In this document: piece after piece, positions 57,607-64,000 of the stretch
Position numbering within the stretch: the first letter of the stretch is position 1
How the letters are laid out: the number at the start of each line of letters is the position of its first letter
Source: Candidatus Lustribacter sp.
GTDB taxonomy: Bacteria > Vulcanimicrobiota > Vulcanimicrobiia > Vulcanimicrobiales > Vulcanimicrobiaceae
Length of the DNA: 64,000 bases
Direction of reading: 5' to 3'
Assembly (NCBI GenBank): GCA_965277805.1
Contig: OZ255842.1
Coordinates: 3,360,001-3,424,000, forward strand
Notes under the pieces: model-generated
Seen by the model: only the letters and a program-made list of their open reading frames with translations
Database searches by the model: none
Told to the model about the DNA's origin: nothing
Translations under genes and position numbers: made by a program

Positions 57607-58806
57607 ATGAAGAATTTTCGCACCGGCGCGGTGGCGCTGGCACTCGGGTTGATCGTGGCCCTGGGCGCCGCCTCGGCCGTGCCGGCGACGCCCTACAACA
57701 TCGACGTCATCATCTCGCTTACCGGTAGCTACGCGTTCGTCGGAAATCAGCAAGCCGACAATTTCAAAGTGTTCGAGGATTACGCCAACCGCACGGGCGG
57801 CATTCGCGGAACGCCGATCCACTTCGTGATCCACGACGATCAGTCGTCGCCCGCAAACGCGGTCCAGCTGAGCACGCAACTGCTCGCGAACCACCCGGCG
57901 GTCGTCTTCGGATCGGACGGCGGCTCGCTGTGCGGCGCGATGATGCCGCTTTACAAAAATGGCCCGGTGAACTACTGCCTGGTACCATCGATCTATCCGC
58001 CCAAGGACGGCTTCGTCTTCTCCGCGCAGATCGCGCTCAATCCGTTCGTCAACGGGATGATTCGCTATCTACGTTTGCGCGGCTGGAAGAAGATCGCGAT
58101 CATCACCAGCACCGACGGTTCCGGGCTCGTCGACGACACCGCTACCAAAGCCTCGCTGGAGCTGCTCGAAAACAGCGCCATTCAAGTCGTGCAGTGGGAG
58201 CACTTCAATCCGACCGACGTGAACGTCAACGCGCAAGCGATTCGCATCAAGAATTCGGACGCGCAAGCGGTGATCGCCTGGGTTTCGGGAACGCCGTTCG
58301 GGACCGTCCTGCGCAACTTCAACGACGTCGGGCTGAACCTGCCGGTCGAAACGTCGAACGCCAACAGCCAAGTGGCACAACTGATGGGCTATGCGAAATT
58401 TCTGCCCAGCGAAATGGTGATGCCCGGGCCGGCCTACCTAACGCCGCCGGCGGTGCAAAGCCCGGCGCTGAAAAAGGCACGGGCCGACTTCTACGCCGCC
58501 TACGCGGCCGACGGCAAGACGCCGCAGCCCGGCTCCGCGCCCTCGGTGTGGGATCCCGCCAGCATCGTGCTGAGCGGCTTACGCAAACTCGGGACCGAGG
58601 CGACGGCGGATCAACTGCGCCAATATATTCTCTCGGTCCACGGTTACACGGGCGTCGAAGGCACCTACGACTTCCGCAGCGGCGACCAGCACGGACTCAC
58701 CGACGATGCGGTCGTGATCACGAGCTTCAATCCGCAAAAGCAGAGCTTCTCTGCGGTCAGCGGACCAGGCGGCATCCCCTTGCACGGTGCGTCGGGCGTG
58801 CACTGA
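57607..58806 (+). CDS. ABC substrate-binding protein, LivJ-like family
   Basis: AGGAG RBS; ISLTGSYAF.G, GGIRG, DDQSSP and YDFRSGDQHGL. Confidence 0.88.
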   Translation: MKNFRTGAVALALGLIVALGAASAVPATPYNIDVIISLTGSYAFVGNQQADNFKVFEDYANRTGGIRGTPIHFVIHDDQSSPANAVQLSTQLLANHPAVVFGSDGGSLCGAMMPLYKNGPVNYCLVPSIYPPKDGFVFSAQIALNPFVNGMIRYLRLRGWKKIAIITSTDGSGLVDDTATKASLELLENSAIQVVQWEHFNPTDVNVNAQAIRIKNSDAQAVIAWVSGTPFGTVLRNFNDVGLNLPVETSNANSQVAQLMGYAKFLPSEMVMPGPAYLTPPAVQSPALKKARADFYAAYAADGKTPQPGSAPSVWDPASIVLSGLRKLGTEATADQLRQYILSVHGYTGVEGTYDFRSGDQHGLTDDAVVITSFNPQKQSFSAVSGPGGIPLHGASGVH

Positions 58807-60062
58807 TGGCCGTCACGATGAAAACGCCCGGCGATTTGGGCAGCTCGGTCGACCGCTACTTGCGTGAGATCGAAGCGAACCTGATCGCCTGGCGGCGTGA
58901 TTTTCATCAGCATCCCGAGCTCGGCAACCGCGAAACACGCACGTCAGCCATCGTCGCGGCCCATCTCGAGCGTTTAGGGCTGACGGTGACGACCGGCGTC
59001 GCGCACACCGGCATCGTCGCGGTTCTCGAGGGGGCGCGCCCGGGTCCCGTGATCGGTTTGCGCGCCGATATGGATGCGCTTCCGATCGTCGAGCAAGTCG
59101 ACGTTCCGTATCGGTCCGAAGAACGGACGACCTATAACGGAGAGTCTGTCGGCGTTATGCACGCGTGCGGACACGACGGGCACACTGCCGTGCTGATGGC
59201 TGTTGCCGAGGCGCTCGCGAAACACCGCAGCGATTTCCCGGGTACGGTGAAGTTCATCTTTCAACCGGCCGAAGAGGGCGCGCCCGACGACGAAGAAGGC
59301 GGCGCGGCGCTGATGATCCGCGAGGGCGTGCTCGAGCATCCGAAGCCCGACATGATGATGGGACTGCATTTCGTCTCGCCGATTCCGAGCGATCAGATCC
59401 TGTACTACAAAGGCGCGATGCTCGCGAGTGCCGACATCATCTCGATCAAACTCAAAGGGCGCCAAGGGCATGGCGCCCGGCCCTGGACGGGAATCGATCC
59501 GATCGTCTCGGCCGCCCAAGTCGTGCTTGGCTTACAGACGATCGTCAGCCGTCAGATCGACGTGACGCACGAGCCGTCGGTCCTGTCGATCACGATCAAC
59601 CGGGGCGGCATACGGCACAACATCGTGCCCGAGACCGCCGAGCTCGGCGGCACGCTGCGGACGTTTGATGAAGAGATGCGCAAGGACATCCACATCCGCA
59701 TCAAACGGACGGCCGAGATGATCGCGGCGAGTTCGGGTGTCGAGGCGAACGTCGAGGTCAAATCGCAATATCCGGTGACGTTTTCGCTCGCCGCACTCGC
59801 GGAAAAAATCGTTCCGGCGCTCGAGCGCGCGGCCGGGCCCGCAAACGTGCGTCAGGGCAACAAGATGATGGCCGCGGATGACTTCGCGTTCTTCGGCCAC
59901 CACGTGCCGACGACGTACTTCGTCGTCGGCTGCGCAAATGCGGAACAAGCCGCGGCCGGCGTTCCCAACCATTCGCCCCGCTTTCACCTCGACGAGCGCT
60001 GCTTGCTGCTCGGCGCACGCGCGCTCGCCGGCGCAGCGTTGGACATGCTTCACGGCGCCTGA
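58806..60062 (+). CDS. M20 family amidohydrolase
   Basis: TGATG coupling; WRRDFHQHPELGNRE, LRADMDALP, MHACGHDGH, FQPAEEG and NHSPRF. Confidence 0.93.
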   Translation: MAVTMKTPGDLGSSVDRYLREIEANLIAWRRDFHQHPELGNRETRTSAIVAAHLERLGLTVTTGVAHTGIVAVLEGARPGPVIGLRADMDALPIVEQVDVPYRSEERTTYNGESVGVMHACGHDGHTAVLMAVAEALAKHRSDFPGTVKFIFQPAEEGAPDDEEGGAALMIREGVLEHPKPDMMMGLHFVSPIPSDQILYYKGAMLASADIISIKLKGRQGHGARPWTGIDPIVSAAQVVLGLQTIVSRQIDVTHEPSVLSITINRGGIRHNIVPETAELGGTLRTFDEEMRKDIHIRIKRTAEMIAASSGVEANVEVKSQYPVTFSLAALAEKIVPALERAAGPANVRQGNKMMAADDFAFFGHHVPTTYFVVGCANAEQAAAGVPNHSPRFHLDERCLLLGARALAGAALDMLHGA

Positions 60063-60068
60063 GCGCCG

Positions 60069-60635
60069 TCAGGTTCCGGACGCGACGGCTTTGAGCTGAT
60101 CGAATCCCTCGCGCACGACGGCGAGGAGTTCGCGTGCTGCCGGATCGTCGAGCCAACGAACGAAACCGACGTAGAACACGCCGATCCCCATGTCGGCAGC
60201 GATGCTCGCCGAGGATTCCGGCACGCCGCGCCGTTGCAGACCCTGCGCGAGTGCATTCGTGAGCGTCGCGCGCTTGATCATCTCGCGCTCTTGCAAGTCG
60301 GCGTGCTTCGTCACGAGCTGCTGCCGCTCGCGCGCGAACGCGCGCCGGCCGTGAAAGAGCGTGGCGACGGCTTCAACCGCTAGCCGGACCGCTTCGATTA
60401 CCGGCAGCGCCGCCGGGGCTGCGTCGAGCGCCCGCAGTAGCTCGTCCTGCAACGCGGACGAGCCCCCGAAAAACACCTCGCGCTTATCCGCGTAGTGCCG
60501 GAAAAACGTGCGTTCGGTGAGGCCGGCGCGCTCGGCGATGTCGGCGACGGTCGTCTGTTCGTACCCGCGCTCGAGGAAAAGTTCGTAGGCGGCCTTCTCG
60601 AGGCGGCCTCGGGCGTCCGGTTGCCAGCGGCTCAT
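60069..60635 (-). CDS. TetR family transcriptional regulator
   Basis: MSRWQPDARGRL..AA.ELF.ERGYEQTTVADIAERAGLTERTFFRHYADKREV. Confidence 0.95.
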   Translation of the reverse strand: MSRWQPDARGRLEKAAYELFLERGYEQTTVADIAERAGLTERTFFRHYADKREVFFGGSSALQDELLRALDAAPAALPVIEAVRLAVEAVATLFHGRRAFARERQQLVTKHADLQEREMIKRATLTNALAQGLQRRGVPESSASIAADMGIGVFYVGFVRWLDDPAARELLAVVREGFDQLKAVASGT

Positions 60636-60651
60636 ATTCCCCTATCATACA

Positions 60652-60703
60652 TGATGACAGCGACTGACATTCGTGCTATGCTCTATGTCAGTCACTGTCA
60701 TCA
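60652..60703. promoter_or_regulatory. Paired TetR operator (19-bp inverted repeat)
   Basis: TGATGACAGCGACTGACAT (60652-60670) and ATGTCAGTCACTGTCATCA (60685-60703) are 18/19 reverse-complementary and each is quasi-palindromic; a TATGCT hexamer lies between them. Confidence 0.85.
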
Positions 60704-60723
60704 ACGAAGAGAGCGTCCGTATC

Positions 60724-61629
60724 ATGCGTGTTTTTGTAACCGGAGCCACCGGCTGGGTCGGATCGGCCGTCATCGAAGAGCTGCGGTCCGCCGGCCATAC
60801 CGTTCTGGGCTTGGCCCGATCCGAAGCGGCGGCGGCTGCCCTGGCAGGCGCCGGGGTCGCCGTGCAGCGCGGGAGCCTCGAAGACCTCGAGAGCCTGCGC
60901 GCCGGCGCGGCAGCGTCAGACGCGGTCATCCACACCGCCTTCAACCACGATTTCTCGCGCTTTGCCGAAAACGGCGCGGCCGAGCGGCTCGCCATCGAGG
61001 CCTTGGGCGACACGTTGGCCGGGACAGGAAAGACGCTCATCGTCACGTCCGGCGTCGGCCTGATTGCGCCCGGACGGCTGATCACGGAAGACGATGTCCG
61101 CGATCCCGGCGCGCCGTTTCCGCGCGACCCCGAGACGGTGGCGGCGGCGGTCGCCGCGCGCGGCGTGCACGTCTCCGTAATTCGCCTCGCGCCGTCCGTC
61201 CACGGAAAAGGCGATCACGGGTTCGTGCCGGCCGTCATCGGCATGGCCCGCGAGCACGGCGTTTCCGCATACGTCGGCGATGGGAACAACCGGTGGCCCG
61301 GCGTGCATCGCCGCGATGCGGCCCGTCTCTACCGTCTCGCGCTCGAGCACAGTGCAGAGCACGCGATCTATCATGCGGTCGCAGAAGAGGGTGTTCCGTT
61401 CCGCGAGATCGCCGCAGTCATCGGACGTCAGCTGAACGTCCCGGCCGTGAGCGTCTCGGGCGATGAGATCGCGCAGCACTTCGGCTGGTTCGCGCACTTC
61501 GCACAAATCGACGCGCCGTCGTCGAGCGTCAAAACGCGGCACTTTCTTGAGTGGCATCCGAGCGAACCTTCGCTTCTTGACGACCTGAATAGCGAAGCAT
61601 ACTTTCCGTCCGAGGTTAATGTAGCTTAA
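60724..61629 (+). CDS. SDR family NAD(P)-dependent oxidoreductase
   Basis: MRVFVTGATGWVG, VIHTAFNHDF and NRWPGVHRRDAARLYRLALE. Confidence 0.92.
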   Translation: MRVFVTGATGWVGSAVIEELRSAGHTVLGLARSEAAAAALAGAGVAVQRGSLEDLESLRAGAAASDAVIHTAFNHDFSRFAENGAAERLAIEALGDTLAGTGKTLIVTSGVGLIAPGRLITEDDVRDPGAPFPRDPETVAAAVAARGVHVSVIRLAPSVHGKGDHGFVPAVIGMAREHGVSAYVGDGNNRWPGVHRRDAARLYRLALEHSAEHAIYHAVAEEGVPFREIAAVIGRQLNVPAVSVSGDEIAQHFGWFAHFAQIDAPSSSVKTRHFLEWHPSEPSLLDDLNSEAYFPSEVNVA

Positions 61630-61679
61630 CGTTTTGCAATGCGACCGGTCGGAAACGAGGGAGCGGCAAGGAGTCCGCA

Positions 61680-63053
61680 ATGCAAACGCAGTCCCGCTTT
61701 TCGGCCGCTCGCTTCTCGGAGATCGACGACGAACGCATAAGCAAAGAGCAGTGGAGCATCGTCCTCATCTCGGGCATGGGCTTCTTCACCGACGCATACG
61801 ATCTGTTCATCATCGGCGTCGTGCTCAAACTCCTCAAATCGGAATGGCATATCGGATCGTTTGAAACGGCGATCGTGGGCGCCACGGCGCTCGTGTCGGC
61901 GGCGATCGGATCGGCAGTGTTCGGACGAGTGGCGGACGTGTTCGGCCGCAAGTACATCTACGGCTTCGAGGTGCTCGTTTTGGGTGCGGGCGCGATCGCT
62001 TCCGCCTTCTCCCCCAGTATTTGGTGGCTGGTCGCGTTTCGTTTCATTCTCGGCTTGGGGATCGGCGGCGACTATCCGGTCAGTGCAACGATCGCGAGCG
62101 AGTTTGCCGGCAAGAAGACGCGCGGGCTGATGATCTCGAGCGTCTTCGCGATGCAAGGGATCGGCCTGATCGTCGGGCCGCTGCTGGCGATCGCGCTCCT
62201 GGCGCTGAAAATCCCGCAAGATCTGGTGTGGCGCATCTTGCTGGCGGCCGGCGCGCTTCCGCCGTTGGCCGTCTTCTGGGCACGGCGCCATCTCAAGGAA
62301 ACCCCGCGCTTTGCCCAGCTAACCGAGGGCAAAGATGAAGTCGGCAAAGAGGCGCAGCGTATCGGTTTCGTGACCGCGCTCAAAGAGGCGTTCGGCAGCG
62401 ACAGGCAACTAGTGAAGTGGCTCGTCGGGACGTCACTCGCCTGGTTCTTTCTCGACCTCGCCTACTACGGCAACACGATCTCCAATCAACAATTCGTATC
62501 GGCCGTGAGCGTACACGCCTCGCAGATTCACGATCTCTTCGTGTCGCTGCTCGTCTTCGTGTTCGCGGCCTTTCCCGGCTATCTGCTTTCGATCTACGGA
62601 ATGGATAAGTGGGGTCGCAAGAACATCCAGCTGCTGGGCTTCGCGATGATGGCCGCGAGCTTCATCGGCGTCGCCCTGCTCGGCGATGCTAAGTCGATCA
62701 TCGTCCCGTTCGTCGCACTCTATTGCCTGAACTACTTCTTCACAGAGTTCGGCCCGAACACGACGACGTTCGTCTTGCCGGCAGAGATCTTCCCGATGAA
62801 AGTGCGCACGACCAGCCACGGCATTTCCGCGACGGTCGGGAAGGTGGGCGCCGCCGTCGGCACGTTCAGCTTCCCGCTGTTGCAGGCAAAGTTCGGGCTC
62901 CCCGGTCCGATGTGGGTCGCGGGCATTTCATCGATCATCGGTCTCGCCCTCACGTGGGCACTACTGCCGGAACCAAACGGCCTCGAACTCGAAGAAGCCT
63001 CGCGCGATACGTCGTTCAAGGGCGCCTCATCTCCGCAACCAGTTCCCGTGTAG
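61680..63053 (+). CDS. MFS transporter (phosphate:H+ symporter/sugar porter-like)
   Basis: GMGFFTDAYDLF, GLGIGGDYPVSA, GPNTTTFVLPAEIFP and HGISA..GK.GA. Confidence 0.9.
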   Translation: MQTQSRFSAARFSEIDDERISKEQWSIVLISGMGFFTDAYDLFIIGVVLKLLKSEWHIGSFETAIVGATALVSAAIGSAVFGRVADVFGRKYIYGFEVLVLGAGAIASAFSPSIWWLVAFRFILGLGIGGDYPVSATIASEFAGKKTRGLMISSVFAMQGIGLIVGPLLAIALLALKIPQDLVWRILLAAGALPPLAVFWARRHLKETPRFAQLTEGKDEVGKEAQRIGFVTALKEAFGSDRQLVKWLVGTSLAWFFLDLAYYGNTISNQQFVSAVSVHASQIHDLFVSLLVFVFAAFPGYLLSIYGMDKWGRKNIQLLGFAMMAASFIGVALLGDAKSIIVPFVALYCLNYFFTEFGPNTTTFVLPAEIFPMKVRTTSHGISATVGKVGAAVGTFSFPLLQAKFGLPGPMWVAGISSIIGLALTWALLPEPNGLELEEASRDTSFKGASSPQPVPV

Positions 63054-63136
63054 CGGCTTACGGAGCGCTCAAAAGGAGCAAACTACATAATCTTCGTACG
63101 GTCAGCGCTTCTTCACTATGCCGAGGACTGCTTCAG

Positions 63137-63538
63137 ATGAACGTCGTTGCCCGCGTCACCAATACCCATAAGCAGCACGAGGTCGAGCTGCGGACAAACG
63201 AACGCATTCACACCATCGAGATTCCGGCAAAGGCAGATGGGAACGGTTCCGACGCAAACGGCGGTGAACTGCTTTTCTTGGCATTAGCGACGTGCTATTG
63301 CAATGATCTCTACCGCGAAGCTGCTAAACAAGACATCATCGTAGACTGGGTGGAGGTGACGGTCGAAGGGGAGTTCGGTGCCCCGGGCGAGCCTGCACGG
63401 AACGTTCGCTATCGTGCCCGCGCGGAGTCGGCCTCCGACCCGCAACGACTTCGCGATCTTCTGCTCCACACCGACACGGTCACTGAAATTCAGAAGACAC
63501 TGCGTTCGGGCTGTGATATTTCGTTCCAACTCGCCTGA
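63137..63538 (+). CDS. OsmC family protein
   Basis: GAGGA then ATG at 63137; NGGELLFLALATCYCNDLYREA. Confidence 0.8.
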   Translation: MNVVARVTNTHKQHEVELRTNERIHTIEIPAKADGNGSDANGGELLFLALATCYCNDLYREAAKQDIIVDWVEVTVEGEFGAPGEPARNVRYRARAESASDPQRLRDLLLHTDTVTEIQKTLRSGCDISFQLA

Positions 63539-63597
63539 GCTACGTCACGCTGCCGAAAGCGGAGGGTCCGCTCGCCGCGAGACGAAGGCCGGGCAAA

Positions 63598-64000
63598 ATG
63601 CACTGGAGCGTTATCGCCGAGTCCGCCCGGCCACAACTCGAGGAGTTGCGCTTCGGTTCGCGTGAACTGGGCCTCAAGCGCGTTGCCTCGAAGTTCGGCA
63701 TCAGTCCCCAAACGCTACGGCGATCGCTCTCGGCCCTGAAGTTCGTCGAGGCGATCGAGGGCCGGCGAACCTCAGCGAAACGCACGCTGCGCTCGGCTCC
63801 GGTGGCGGCCATCGAGCATATCGCGCGCTGGCACGCCTACGATCCGGCCGGCGCGAACGCCGCCGCGCAGCGGGTCCGGCAAGGGTTGTACACCATCGCC
63901 GCGCTGGAGGCTGCGGAGCACGCGGCGCGCGCGGTGAGTAAACCCGAACGTATTGGACAATCGCTCGTCAGCGCGTGCCGGGAGCGGGTCGGGCCGGTAC
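63598..64000 (+). CDS. Hypothetical protein with HTH-like N-terminus; runs off the right edge
   Basis: Not in the ORF track. Manual translation MHWSVIAESARPQLEELRFGSRELGLKRVASKFGISPQTLRRSLSALKFV... stays open to the window end. Confidence 0.55.
   Translation, partial: MHWSVIAESARPQLEELRFGSRELGLKRVASKFGISPQTLRRSLSALKFVEAIEGRRTSAKRTLRSAPVAAIEHIARWHAYDPAGANAAAQRVRQGLYTIAALEAAEHAARAVSKPERIGQSLVSACRERVGPV

Noticed and set aside
57930-58805. Apparent N-terminal extension on the M20 amidohydrolase (710 aa)
   Set aside because: It is an alternative frame inside the upstream SBP gene; the real start is the coupled ATG at 58806.

Overview
A GC-rich, gene-dense bacterial window. The many SsuA/NMT1-type and LivJ-type binding proteins and the leaderless small genes suggest a soil bacterium such as Candidatus Eremiobacterota, but that assignment is inference only. 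I found no rRNA, tRNA, CRISPR array or transposase. (1) 1-27 kb is a surface-glycan locus. A single-module NRPS (C-A-PCP-TE, with Cys at the TE nucleophile position) is divergent from an Sfp-type PPTase / glucose-1-phosphate cytidylyltransferase / NAD-epimerase run and convergent with wza-wzc-wza. It is followed by four GT-C membrane glycosyltransferase genes, a polyprenol-phosphate sugar synthase, an acyltransferase-3 + SGNH pair and four small Cys-rich ORFs with apparent leaderless promoters. Part of this region is an eroded segmental duplication (about 12.3-14.6 kb versus 19-25.6 kb). (2) 27-47 kb is a catabolic patchwork of orphan solute-binding proteins with amidohydrolase, cupin, FAD oxidoreductase, LeuCD-like, class II aldolase, VOC, GNAT and methyltransferase genes, plus an in-frame MFS/cupin-dioxygenase fusion. 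(3) 47-51 kb holds oxyR-katG with a readable OxyR operator and a probable truncated Abi-family gene. (4) 51-60 kb is an aromatic-catabolism cluster (Rieske oxygenase, intradiol dioxygenase, frameshifted HpcH aldolase, tandem IclR genes). (5) 60-64 kb holds TetR/SDR with a double operator, an MFS symporter, an OsmC-like gene and a partial HTH-like gene. All family calls come from motif recognition by eye; no database search was run.
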